This document shows, in pieces, positions 9,764 to 18,920 of a DNA stretch of 64,000 bases; position 1 is the first letter of the stretch; each line of letters opens with the position of its first letter. The notes under the pieces were generated by a model. It saw nothing but the letters and a program-made list of their open reading frames with translations. It was not told where the DNA came from and made no database searches. The stretch is from Parcubacteria bacterium C7867-005 (GTDB taxonomy: Bacteria > Patescibacteriota > Minisyncoccia > Phycocordibacterales > Zambryskibacteraceae), in NCBI GenBank assembly GCA_001189165.1, contig LFCO01000001.1:156848-220847 (forward strand). The letters are read 5' to 3'. A program made the translations under genes and the position numbers.

Positions 9764-10860
9764 TCTTCACCATGGTAAAAAACAATAGACTGCCCGGATG
9801 CGATGGTCTGGTGAGTATAGAAAGAAACTGTATCTCCCTCTATGTTTACATTGAATTTGGTTTGCCTGTATCTAATACGAGCTTCTATTTTGAAGTCAGA
9901 GATATCCACCCTGTCATGTATCCAGTTTGCCTTAACTATCCTGATTTTTTTGGCCTTGGACGATTCTACGACGACAGGGTCGTCTGACACTGTTATTGTG
10001 TTTTGATCTATGTCCCTAGAGATTATGTAGTTTGGGTTACTATCTGCTTTATTTTTGATGATTGTAAAACCATGTCTTTCTCCTGAAGTATAGAAAATCG
10101 CGCCTCTATGTTGGCCTATTACCTCGCCTGCACTATTCAGCACCTCCCCCTTTTGTTGTGGGATAAAGTGATGAAGGAAATCTTCCATGCTGATATCACC
10201 AAGAAAACATATACCCTGGCTGTCCTTTTTGTCTGCGACTGGCAATTTTAATTTTTTGGCCAGCACTCTAACCTCATCTTTTTTTAAATTCCCAATAGGA
10301 AAAAGTATTTGCCCCAATAAATTCTTCTGAATGGTCCAAAGGAAATAACTCTGGTCTTTGTTTGTGTCTCTACCTTCATAGAGTAAATACGAATTGTCCT
10401 TCTTTATAACTCTCGCGTAGTGACCCGTAGCAATACAATCTGCACCCATCTCCATCGCTTTTTTAAAAAAGATACCGAATTTTATTTCTTGATTGCACAT
10501 CACGTCTGGATTCGGGGTCCTCCCTGCTTTATATTCGTTAATCATGTACTCGGCAACTCCTTCTTTATATTCCTTTTCAAAATCAAAAAATAAAAAAGGT
10601 ATGTCCAGGTGAGCAGCAACTCTCATGGCATCCCTTCTTTCTTCTTGCCACGGGCAAGGTAGGAAATCCGGTGACCAAACCTTGATAAAGACGCCGGTCA
10701 CATCAAACCCTTGGTCCTTTAAGAGTGCGGCAGAAACAGCACTGTCTACTCCACCAGAAAGACCCACAAACACTCTAGGCCTGTGACTCTTAGTTCCTGA
10801 GATATTTTGCTTTGTTTTGCTTATGTTCATCGAATGTCTTGGCATAATGCATGACACCAT
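9724..10860 (-). CDS. mnmA: tRNA-specific 2-thiouridylase MnmA
   Basis: VFVGLSGGVDSAVSAALLKDQGFDVTGVFIKVW PP-loop, C-terminal MnmA body; N-terminal extension or a later start possible. Confidence 0.9.
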   Translation of the reverse strand: MVSCIMPRHSMNISKTKQNISGTKSHRPRVFVGLSGGVDSAVSAALLKDQGFDVTGVFIKVWSPDFLPCPWQEERRDAMRVAAHLDIPFLFFDFEKEYKEGVAEYMINEYKAGRTPNPDVMCNQEIKFGIFFKKAMEMGADCIATGHYARVIKKDNSYLLYEGRDTNKDQSYFLWTIQKNLLGQILFPIGNLKKDEVRVLAKKLKLPVADKKDSQGICFLGDISMEDFLHHFIPQQKGEVLNSAGEVIGQHRGAIFYTSGERHGFTIIKNKADSNPNYIISRDIDQNTITVSDDPVVVESSKAKKIRIVKANWIHDRVDISDFKIEARIRYRQTKFNVNIEGDTVSFYTHQTIASGQSIVFYHGEECLGGAVIDSILE

Positions 10861-11800
10861 CGTCGTCCGTCAAGAAATAAAAATAATCACTGGTCTTAGG
10901 ATTAAGCGCCGCGATGATTGATTCAAGGCCCGGGTTCGAGATGGGTTCTGGGGGTAGTCCTCTGTATTTATAAGTATTGTATGGCGAATCTATGCTTAGA
11001 TCATCTATGGTGAGCTCTTTACTTGTTTTGCCTGTTATATAACCAATACTAGCATCAACCTGCAAGGCCATTTTTATACCTATCCTCTTCCATAAAATCC
11101 CAGAGACTATTTCTCGATCTACCTTATTTTGTGCTTCTGACTCAAGAATCGAAGCCATGATAATAATCTCTTTTTCTGATTTTTTTGATTGCTTTATGTC
11201 TTCTACAAGCGGTTCTAGCTTATTCTCAAAATTATTTACTAGTAGGTTGATAGTTGATGAAGCGGTCGCACCCGTCTCTATAAAATATGTATCAGGAAAC
11301 AGATACCCTTCTCTCGCATTATTCAAAAAGTACTGATGATCAAATTTGGAAAATCTGTCATCAAAGAGTTTGGAGATTTTAGTTTTAGTAAAACCTTCTG
11401 GGATGGTTATCCGAACTGTGTCTAACCCCCTCATTCCATGTAAAATTCTCCACGCCAGAGTAAGAGAGCCCTGTGGTTTGGACAAATAATACTCCCCAGC
11501 CTTCATCTCTCTCTCGCCGCCTAGAATGATGGCAAATGTTTTGAATCCAAAAGCAGACCTGATAACCTTATCCTCCTTCAATTCAAGAGCCAGTCCGTAC
11601 AGACCGGAACCCTCTTCTACTGTGATAATACTGTTTTGTGGGAAGCCAGAAGGTGCTCGAACAATAAGTATAAATATCAAAACAAGCAAGAAAATTATCG
11701 ATCCTAGACCGACATGCAGATTAGTTAGATTCTTGTTTTTTATCCATTCGTCTATTCGTAGAAGAATGCTTTTCGATATTCTGAAAATCGGGTTATCCAT
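10790..11800 (-). CDS. mltG: endolytic murein transglycosylase MltG (YceG-like)
   Basis: N-terminal TM, YceG-like domain with DSPYNTYKYRGLPPEPISNPG motif. Confidence 0.85.
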   Translation of the reverse strand: MDNPIFRISKSILLRIDEWIKNKNLTNLHVGLGSIIFLLVLIFILIVRAPSGFPQNSIITVEEGSGLYGLALELKEDKVIRSAFGFKTFAIILGGEREMKAGEYYLSKPQGSLTLAWRILHGMRGLDTVRITIPEGFTKTKISKLFDDRFSKFDHQYFLNNAREGYLFPDTYFIETGATASSTINLLVNNFENKLEPLVEDIKQSKKSEKEIIIMASILESEAQNKVDREIVSGILWKRIGIKMALQVDASIGYITGKTSKELTIDDLSIDSPYNTYKYRGLPPEPISNPGLESIIAALNPKTSDYFYFLTDDDGVMHYAKTFDEHKQNKAKYLRN

Positions 11801-11806
11801 TGGGCG

Positions 11807-13048
11807 CTAAATAGGTAAGTTCGAAGGAGCTTCCGCCTTCTTCGAAGGTATGCGAGTAAGTGTTGGTGTGGCAGCGACGATAGAGCTTGGGAAATGCCAT
11901 AGTGTAGCCAACTCCTCTGTAGTTAGAATAAATGGATTAGCCTTAAAGTTTTTGAACGGAGGATTGAAGAAGGACCTCCTCTTATAAGCCTCGAGGATTT
12001 TCTTTTCGTTCTCAAGTTTCTTTTTACCCCTAAAGTCTTGCCAAGGATAGTCATACCCCGTACTCCACCCTGGTCTAAAACCATTCAAAGCATTTGAACT
12101 GAATTGCTTGAAACTTCCTAAAAGTCCTCCAATATTGTTTGGATTAAAAATTTCTTTGTCTGCCATATAGGCGCCCCTTATCATCGTATCGAAAGCAGGC
12201 TTCGCTGCAGCACGCTCTATGGCCCCTATGACGTCTTGCTGTGCCTTGGTTAAGCTCAAAGTACTTGAGGCCTTTGTGTCATCTGCTTTCATCACTCCTT
12301 TTTTGACAATATCTTTTATCTCTTTCTCTATTTTTGGCTTCCAATCAGATTTTGGAAAGAAACGACCATACTTGATGCCCTCTTTTGTATGTCCTTGGAT
12401 CAATATCTGAATCCAGGCCTGCTCACCTCTTCGCAAAGAACCCAGGAACTCTAGAACAGGAACGATTGGATCATTTTTGAATTCTTCTTTTGGATCTTCA
12501 TGTAAGCCGTAGTCAACATAAGTTTTGATCGGATACGCATCTGCTTTGGTTAGAGCAAACTGACCGAACCAACCAAAACTAGTTTTCTCTGGATTATGAA
12601 CCACATCGAGTGCATAATCTTTCGCTTCATGTATCTCTATATTCGGATACTGAGCATAAAGTTGGGATTCGACGACATTCTTAAATTTTGGATGAAGCCA
12701 TATGTAGAAGTGCACCGCCCCGCCCAGAGAGATAAGTTCAAGTGAAAACCAAGGCCTCACTCGTCCTTTAAGGTAAACGTCTATAAGCGAACCAACACCA
12801 GTCTGGTATAGGTTGCCCAAGAATATCTCCATGGCCACAGGGGAACGACTTATCTCTCTGGGGATCTTTATCTCCAGGAGCAATGCTCCTTGGGACTTTA
12901 TGTATTCTCTTTGTTTGTAACTCAACCAAACATCAAACCAAACCAAAATAAACAAAAGCGGAACCCACACCGGAGCAAAGAGGAGTGCGCTGTCCCATAT
13001 CTCTAGAGCGAGCCTCGTGTCAAAGAAAGAAAGTAGTTTGTCGAACAT
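11807..13048 (-). CDS. conserved hypothetical membrane-anchored protein
   Basis: 413 aa, N-terminal TM (ALLFAPVWVPLLFILVWFDVWL), large soluble domain ending in ...TTEELATLWHFPSSIV; no family recognised. Confidence 0.55.
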   Translation of the reverse strand: MFDKLLSFFDTRLALEIWDSALLFAPVWVPLLFILVWFDVWLSYKQREYIKSQGALLLEIKIPREISRSPVAMEIFLGNLYQTGVGSLIDVYLKGRVRPWFSLELISLGGAVHFYIWLHPKFKNVVESQLYAQYPNIEIHEAKDYALDVVHNPEKTSFGWFGQFALTKADAYPIKTYVDYGLHEDPKEEFKNDPIVPVLEFLGSLRRGEQAWIQILIQGHTKEGIKYGRFFPKSDWKPKIEKEIKDIVKKGVMKADDTKASSTLSLTKAQQDVIGAIERAAAKPAFDTMIRGAYMADKEIFNPNNIGGLLGSFKQFSSNALNGFRPGWSTGYDYPWQDFRGKKKLENEKKILEAYKRRSFFNPPFKNFKANPFILTTEELATLWHFPSSIVAATPTLTRIPSKKAEAPSNLPI

Positions 13049-13106
13049 AGATTCATTTTACACAACAAAGTTCAAAAAAACATCCTTCGCTGTTGCTCGG
13101 GATGTT

Positions 13107-14168
13107 TTATGCGTTCTGATATTTGCCTTCTTTGTCTTTTTTGAAATACTTGCTGTTTTGAAGGTTGACCATGATAGTGTTTTCTTTTACATATCTTTCC
13201 TTCAGCACCTTTTCAATGATCTTGTCTTTGGTTAAAGGGCCCTCCTTGTCGAGTATCTTCTTGATCACATCTTTGACCACTCCAGACATGTAGCCCCATT
13301 CTGCAAGCGCGTATAGACCACGACCAACCAGAACAAAGCGTGGGTCCTTGATAAGTTCGTTGTGGGTTGTGGCTACGTGAGCTTTCTTGTCGAAATACTG
13401 AGAAATAGCCTTGGCCACTTCTTTAAAGTGTATTGGGGACCCATGTTTGCGGATCACCAAGAAAGCATAGTCCCTCATACCTTTGGCGTTTACGTTTGGG
13501 GAGTTAGTTTTGCCCCATTCTCCTAGTGGGTTTTTATCTATTTTATGGGATATAGCGAGCCATCGTTTGATCACTTCTTCATTCTTGTATTTCTCATTAA
13601 TATCTTTGACTTCTTCCAAGAAAGAATTGATCAGGTCTCCTTCGAGCACGAGTTCATCATCTGAAAGTTTGGAATACAGCTTTTTGATCGCACCTTGGAT
13701 TTTCTTGGAGAGCTCTGCGTCCACATGCCATCTATGTTTGAATTCTTCGTCTTCCTTTTCTCTTTTGAATTCCTCACCAACGACTAAAAGAAAATTGACG
13801 TGGTTCTGAGCGCTAATATCCTTTGAAAGGTGCTTGAGCAAATCCTTTTCTGAGACTATGCCTCCGAGTGCGAGAATGACTTCTTTGATTTCTGTAAATA
13901 TGGGTTGGGTTTCCTTGTACTCTTTTGATTTGCGAATAGCGATGAGTGAATGGTTCTCTATCTGACGAACTCTCTCTCTGGTGATACCGTATTTTTTGCC
14001 TATAGCATCAAGAGTCATCCTGGTGGATTTTGGACCTAAGCCGTATCTAGATTCGATGACGTCTTTACCTCTTTTTGTGAGAACAGAAAGCAGCTTTTTG
14101 GTGACTTGCTTTGGTTTGAAGCTCAAATTGATTTTTTCGCTCATGTTTATAGTGTCTATTTGTATCAC
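13107..14168 (-). CDS. sigma-70 region-4-like HTH protein with C-terminal HARE-HTH-like domain
   Basis: VIESRYGLGPKSTRMTLDAIGKKYGITRERVRQIENHSLIAIRK is a sigma region 4.2 HTH; C-terminal KDVIKKILDKEGPLTKDKIIEKV resembles RpoE/HARE-HTH; no sigma regions 2/3. Confidence 0.6.
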   Translation of the reverse strand: MIQIDTINMSEKINLSFKPKQVTKKLLSVLTKRGKDVIESRYGLGPKSTRMTLDAIGKKYGITRERVRQIENHSLIAIRKSKEYKETQPIFTEIKEVILALGGIVSEKDLLKHLSKDISAQNHVNFLLVVGEEFKREKEDEEFKHRWHVDAELSKKIQGAIKKLYSKLSDDELVLEGDLINSFLEEVKDINEKYKNEEVIKRWLAISHKIDKNPLGEWGKTNSPNVNAKGMRDYAFLVIRKHGSPIHFKEVAKAISQYFDKKAHVATTHNELIKDPRFVLVGRGLYALAEWGYMSGVVKDVIKKILDKEGPLTKDKIIEKVLKERYVKENTIMVNLQNSKYFKKDKEGKYQNA

Positions 14169-14213
14169 TTGACTACTTTGGTGTCAAGTGTCAAAAGGAA
14201 ACATTAAAATCAA

Positions 14214-16370
14214 TTATACCACAATGTTGACAATTTTACCAGGAACCACGATAACTCGCTTAGGTTCCCCTCCACTTAGCCATTTTTGGACCTCTATGAG
14301 GCTTAGGGCTGTGGTTCTGAGCTCCTCCTCATTCGCCTCTGAGCCAATCTTGAAACTTGCTCTGACCTTGCCATTTATGGTCACTGCGATAGTCACTTCT
14401 TTTGGTGAGAGTTTGGATTCGTCAGCTTCTGGCCAAGGCGAGAGTAGTATGGATTCTTTGTGTCCAAGTCCATTCCAGAGTTCTTCTGCTGCATGTGGAG
14501 CGAATGGTGAAAGCAATTTTAGTAATGCCTCATATTCTTCTTGTGTCACTTTGTCGTGTTTTTCTAATGCGTTTGCATAAATCATAAGTGCCGAGACAGC
14601 AGTATTGAAACCCATAGACTCTATATCGCCAGATACTTTTTTGATGGCATGGTGCATCTCGTATTTTGGTTCAACACTACTATCTGTGGTGATCTTATCC
14701 TTCAATCTCCAGACTCTTTCTAAAAATTTCCTAGTACCGACCAAAGAATCTTCATTCCACGCTATCGCTTGTTCAAATGGACCCATGAACATCTCATACA
14801 ACCTCAAGGTATCTGCACCAAAACGATCTACGATTAAATCAGGGTTTATCACATTGCCCAAGGACTTGGACATCTTTACTCCATCCGATGCAAGGATAAG
14901 GCCGTGCGAGGTACGTTTCTGATAGGGCTCGCTTGTGGGTACCAAACCTATGTCAAACAAAAACTTGTTCCAGAATCTGGAATACAGGAGGTGGAGAGTT
15001 GTATGCTCCATGCCACCGTTGTACCAGTCCACAGGCATCCAATGTTTAAGTTTTTCTTTGGATGCAAATTCACTGTCATTCTTGTCATCCACGTATCGTA
15101 AAAAATACCACGAAGAGCCTGCCCAGTTTGGCATTGTGTCTGTCTCCCTTTTGGCCTCTCCACCACACTTCGGACATTTGGTATTCACCCAAGCTTCTAT
15201 TAGGGCAAGTGGCGACTCCCCTGTGTCTGTTGGTTGATAGTTTGAAACTTCTGGTAGTAATACTGGTAAGTCGGCCTCTGGTACAGGTACAGCTCCACAA
15301 CTAGCGCAGTGGATTATAGGTATAGGTTCACCCCAGTATCTCTGCCTAGAAAAAATCCAATCACGGAGTTTGTATTTAACAACTTTCTTGCCGAAATTCT
15401 CGAAACCCGCTTCTTGATAATTTTCAACTATTGGTAGTCCGTGTTTCTCTGCAAAAGCTCGATCCCTTTCATCACTTGCAGGTACGGCCATGATCGCTCC
15501 GGTACCATACTCTGGCAAAACATATTCGGCTTCCCAAACTGGGATTTTTTCTTTTGTTGCTGGGTTTATGACAAATCTACCAGTAAATCTGTCTTCTTTA
15601 CCTGCAAGCACGATAAAAGTCGCACCAAAGATCGTGTCTGGCCTGGTGGTGAATACCTCTATGTCATCAAATTTTATAAGAGCACCCTCAGAACGGCCAA
15701 TCCAGTTTCTCTGTTGAGCTTTCACTCTCTCTGGATAATCTACTGTATCTAGGCCATGTAAGAGCTTCTCTGCATAATCAGTGATCTTTAACATCCACTG
15801 TTCCTTATCCTTTTTTTCTACCTCTGTGCCACAACGTTCGCATTTACCATCCACCACCTCTTCATTCGCTAAACCGATTTTATCTTTCGGACACCAATTG
15901 ATCGCCATCTTGGCTTTGTACGCGAGTCCGTGCTCGAGAAACTTGAGGAAAAGCCACTGGGTCCATTTATAGTACTTTGGATCAGTGGTGTTTATCTCTT
16001 TGGACCAATCAAAAGAGATGCCCAGGGATTGAATTTGTCTACGAAAGTTGTCTGAGTTCTCTTTGGTGACCACCTTTGGGTCCTTGCCTGTTTTAATCGC
16101 ATAGTTCTCTGTGGGGAGGCCGAACGCGTCCCAGCCTATCGGATATAGCACGTTGTAGCCCTGCATACGTCTTTTGCGTGCGATGACATCCATACCTATA
16201 TACGGACGAGGATGGCCGACGTGAAGTCCGTCACCTGATGGGTAAGGGAATTCTATAAGCGCGTAGTATTTTGGTTTGTCACTGTTATCCTTGGCTTCAA
16301 AGATTTTGTTCTCTGCCCAAAATTTCTGCCATCTTTCCTCTATGTTTTTTGGATCGTACTCACTTTTCAT
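14214..16370 (-). CDS. leuS: leucyl-tRNA synthetase (compact form)
   Basis: PYPSGDGLHVGHPRPYIGMDVIARKRRMQGYNVLYPIGWDAFGLPTENYA (HIGH region) and VKMSKSLGNVI (KMSKS). Confidence 0.92.
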   Translation of the reverse strand: MKSEYDPKNIEERWQKFWAENKIFEAKDNSDKPKYYALIEFPYPSGDGLHVGHPRPYIGMDVIARKRRMQGYNVLYPIGWDAFGLPTENYAIKTGKDPKVVTKENSDNFRRQIQSLGISFDWSKEINTTDPKYYKWTQWLFLKFLEHGLAYKAKMAINWCPKDKIGLANEEVVDGKCERCGTEVEKKDKEQWMLKITDYAEKLLHGLDTVDYPERVKAQQRNWIGRSEGALIKFDDIEVFTTRPDTIFGATFIVLAGKEDRFTGRFVINPATKEKIPVWEAEYVLPEYGTGAIMAVPASDERDRAFAEKHGLPIVENYQEAGFENFGKKVVKYKLRDWIFSRQRYWGEPIPIIHCASCGAVPVPEADLPVLLPEVSNYQPTDTGESPLALIEAWVNTKCPKCGGEAKRETDTMPNWAGSSWYFLRYVDDKNDSEFASKEKLKHWMPVDWYNGGMEHTTLHLLYSRFWNKFLFDIGLVPTSEPYQKRTSHGLILASDGVKMSKSLGNVINPDLIVDRFGADTLRLYEMFMGPFEQAIAWNEDSLVGTRKFLERVWRLKDKITTDSSVEPKYEMHHAIKKVSGDIESMGFNTAVSALMIYANALEKHDKVTQEEYEALLKLLSPFAPHAAEELWNGLGHKESILLSPWPEADESKLSPKEVTIAVTINGKVRASFKIGSEANEEELRTTALSLIEVQKWLSGGEPKRVIVVPGKIVNIVV

Positions 16371-17303
16371 TTATCTTTTTTGAACTGGGTAGAAGTCTGG
16401 GTCTATAGTTCTGATAAAACACTGATACCCTGCTTCATGTTGCCAGTTAGATCCATTTTTCAATCCATACATAGCAGATGAATCAACCATACTGCCGTTC
16501 TTCATCATCTTCGGAGTCGGCTTTTCGAAAGTGGCGCAGAGTTTGAATGATTGACCATCAACTTTTGTATACTCATATGACTTTTCTGTTTTTGGATCTT
16601 TTGGTACAACCCATCCTCCTATGTTGTTTGCATTTAGATCTTCAGTTTTAGCTGGTAGAATACCCTTCTGTTGCCAGTAGCTTGTCACTTGTGACTGAAT
16701 ATTCTGTAAGTTGTTAATCCTCTCTGAATCTTGCCTCTGCATACGCTGTGTTGATGGAGAGCCAATCACCGAAAATCCTACGAGGATAGAACCAACAACC
16801 AATATGATAGAAAATATTCTCCATGCCATTCTATTTTTAGTAGTCAGGGTGCTCCTCAAATCTGCAAGGAAATATCCGAAAACACTACCAGCGACCACAA
16901 ATACCGACAATACTTTCAGCAAGAAGCCGGCGGTCATCTCTTGCCCATCTATGAATAGATAAAGGAGGGTGATGAGGTCAGCCACGAGCACCGCACCAGC
17001 GACAAAGAGGGTGATATAAAGTAACCACCTACGCACAGACCCCTCTCTCAATGTTGGATCTACTGCATATGACTTTTGAAGGAGAGAAGAAAGGATCAAG
17101 AACAAAGGGAAAATGATGATAAGCGTGGCCACTGGAAAGCTGATAGAGCTACTGTAATAGTATCCGTAGTATTCAGTTACTTGCGGGAAGGCAACGTTTA
17201 TCACTCTAAAAAGAAGATTCAGAAGGGCTATGGCTCCTGCATACAAGGAGATCATCGCACCTAATTGTAAAAAGAAATCTCTGATTGTTGTTTTATTGTT
17301 CAT
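16371..17303 (-). CDS. polytopic membrane protein with C-terminal pseudopilin-like motif
   Basis: 4-5 TM helices followed by RQDSERINNLQNIQSQVTSYWQQKGILPAKTEDL, resembling the GspG/type IV pilin D..R..DL..I..AL..Y...G.YP signature (inference). Confidence 0.55.
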   Translation of the reverse strand: MNNKTTIRDFFLQLGAMISLYAGAIALLNLLFRVINVAFPQVTEYYGYYYSSSISFPVATLIIIFPLFLILSSLLQKSYAVDPTLREGSVRRWLLYITLFVAGAVLVADLITLLYLFIDGQEMTAGFLLKVLSVFVVAGSVFGYFLADLRSTLTTKNRMAWRIFSIILVVGSILVGFSVIGSPSTQRMQRQDSERINNLQNIQSQVTSYWQQKGILPAKTEDLNANNIGGWVVPKDPKTEKSYEYTKVDGQSFKLCATFEKPTPKMMKNGSMVDSSAMYGLKNGSNWQHEAGYQCFIRTIDPDFYPVQKR

Positions 17304-17305
17304 AT

Positions 17306-17333
17306 TTGTATTATAGCAAATCCATCATATAAT
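17306..17333 (+). promoter_or_regulatory. sigma70-like promoter TTGTAT-16-TATAAT for small ORF 17362..17490
   Basis: -35 TTGTAT 17306-17311, -10 TATAAT 17328-17333 read directly in the sequence. Confidence 0.55.
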
Positions 17334-17361
17334 TTCTTTACCCTTACCCTGGAGGATTTGG

Positions 17362-17490
17362 ATGGCCGCGAAGAAGAGAAAGCCCTCGTATCGTTCGAGC
17401 AGGACTCGAAGCAGGAGTCAGCGGGGACGGTCGGGTGGCAAGCAGAGGCCGGCAAGTAGCCGCTGTCGCTGCTGTGGTCACTGCCTCTAG
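17362..17490 (+). CDS. 42-aa Arg/Ser-rich basic peptide with C-terminal CRCCGHC cysteine cluster (GC-rich cassette 1)
   Basis: GGAGG (17351-17355) 6 nt upstream of ATG; codon-by-codon translation MAAKKRKPSYRSSRTRSRSQRGRSGGKQRPASSRCRCCGHCL, TAG at 17488; GC-rich island in AT-rich context; not in ORF track (<60 aa). Confidence 0.5.
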   Translation: MAAKKRKPSYRSSRTRSRSQRGRSGGKQRPASSRCRCCGHCL

Positions 17491-17526
17491 GTAGAGGCCG
17501 GGCGATAAGTTCGCCCGAACATGTTC

Positions 17527-17554
17527 GCGCCGGAACGATGTTCCGGCGCTTTTG
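17527..17554 (+). terminator. rho-independent terminator (10-bp perfect stem GCGCCGGAAC/GTTCCGGCGC, loop GAT, then TTTTG)
   Basis: Stem arms 17527-17536 and 17540-17549 are exact reverse complements; T-run follows. Confidence 0.8.
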
Positions 17555-17585
17555 ATACCAAAAAATATTTTGCTACCATAGTGTT

Positions 17586-18002
17586 ATGGTCAGAATACTT
17601 GAATTCCCATCCTTTCCAGCCCCAGAGGAACCAGAGAAAGACAGACTGGATTCAGAAGAAGTCGAGGGTGCCGATGATCCAAAAGTCGTAGATATCTCAA
17701 GCAAGCAAAAGCACATCGAAGGCGGGTTGGTAAACCCACGTCTACAGGCACTGATCGAAAGACTCAAAATCTTGGGCATTGAAGATTTCCCAATCTCTTC
17801 AATAAAATATAGAAAAATAGTCAAACTATTCGAACAAATGCCAGCGCAACGGCAGGCAAGGCTCTTGGCAGAAAACAGAAAGGTTGTAGCTGAATACAGC
17901 GATGAGGACATCAGAACCTGGTTAGAAAGACCAGAAAGCGAATGGGAAGCCCGCCCTGCTTTCTTTTATGCACTCTACGAAAGGTGTCTACTCGGACGCT
18001 AG
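17586..18002 (+). CDS. hypothetical acidic protein (138 aa)
   Basis: ORF with host-like composition; its stop overlaps the ychF stop (convergent); the antisense ORF 17573..17911 is low-complexity and was rejected. Confidence 0.5.
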   Translation: MVRILEFPSFPAPEEPEKDRLDSEEVEGADDPKVVDISSKQKHIEGGLVNPRLQALIERLKILGIEDFPISSIKYRKIVKLFEQMPAQRQARLLAENRKVVAEYSDEDIRTWLERPESEWEARPAFFYALYERCLLGR

Positions 18003-18817
18003 ACCAAAAACTCGATTACATCGCCGTCTTGGACGATGTACTCTTTGCCTTCTATTCGGACCCAGCCCTTCGCACGGGCGGCAGCATATGAACCCGCTTC
18101 CATCAGCTTGTCATAGTGGATGACTTCTGCACGAATAAATTTTTCTTGAAAGTCTGTATGGATAGATTTGCCAGCCTCCGGTGCGGTCGCATTCCTCTTT
18201 GTTGTCCAAGCTCGGCTCTCCTTCTCTCCTGTAGTGAAGAAAGTGATTAGGTCGAGTAGTTCGTACCCAGATTTGATGAGGTTGTCCATACCTGTACCGA
18301 AGATTGGATCTATCTCTATATAAGGTCCAGGGATTTTAGAAAGGACTTCCCTCTTATTCTCTGCAGCTTCTGAAGTATTGATCACATACAAGATGGGCTT
18401 ATTGATCCCCCCCGCTTCGAGCTCCATGTTGATGATCTCTATGTCGAACAGTGGATCAACCTTGTCGTGCACATGGATAATATCTTTATCCTCGAAGATT
18501 CTTACAACTTGGATGATGGCGTCTACTTCACGGATGTTTTGGAGAAACTTATTGCCGAGCCCCGCACCCTCGCTCGCACCCTTCACCAAACCGGCGATGT
18601 CTACGAACTCCACAACAGCAGGGACTACTTTCTTGGACTTACTCATCTCTGCGAGCTTATCCAGGCGCACATCAGGAACAGGGACGATACCTACAGACGG
18701 ATCTATGGTGCAAAAAGGATAGTTCTCTGCAGGCACACTCTTTTTGGTTAGTGCGTTAAAAAGCGTGGACTTCCCCACGTTTGGCAGACCCACAATTCCT
18801 ACGGATAACTTAGACAT
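17999..18817 (-). CDS. ychF: ribosome-binding ATPase YchF (short form)
   Basis: GIVGLPNVGKSTLFNALT P-loop, Obg/YchF G-domain, C-terminal TGS-like GWVRIEGKEYIVQDGDVIEF. Confidence 0.9.
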   Translation of the reverse strand: MSKLSVGIVGLPNVGKSTLFNALTKKSVPAENYPFCTIDPSVGIVPVPDVRLDKLAEMSKSKKVVPAVVEFVDIAGLVKGASEGAGLGNKFLQNIREVDAIIQVVRIFEDKDIIHVHDKVDPLFDIEIINMELEAGGINKPILYVINTSEAAENKREVLSKIPGPYIEIDPIFGTGMDNLIKSGYELLDLITFFTTGEKESRAWTTKRNATAPEAGKSIHTDFQEKFIRAEVIHYDKLMEAGSYAAARAKGWVRIEGKEYIVQDGDVIEFLV

Positions 18818-18920
18818 ATAGCAAGAATAGCTTTTTTTATGTGTTTTTACGAGGCTATTGACATTCGTATATCAGTGTGACATTCTTATGGAAGAACGCC
18901 CACCTCAATCTGGAAGGTCC

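Noticed and set aside
17330-17555. GC-rich segment ending in a strong terminator considered as a structured ncRNA (SRP RNA, 6S, RNase P, tmRNA)
   Set aside because: I could not find the conserved SRP domain IV (GGAAGG...AGCAGC), the tmRNA tag region or RNase P P4 motifs. A clean SD + ATG + 42-codon ORF with promoter explains the region. An ncRNA cannot be excluded without a covariance-model search.
17573-17911. 112-aa minus-strand ORF
   Set aside because: Low-complexity Ser/Cys-rich translation antisense to a more plausible plus-strand ORF (17586..18002).
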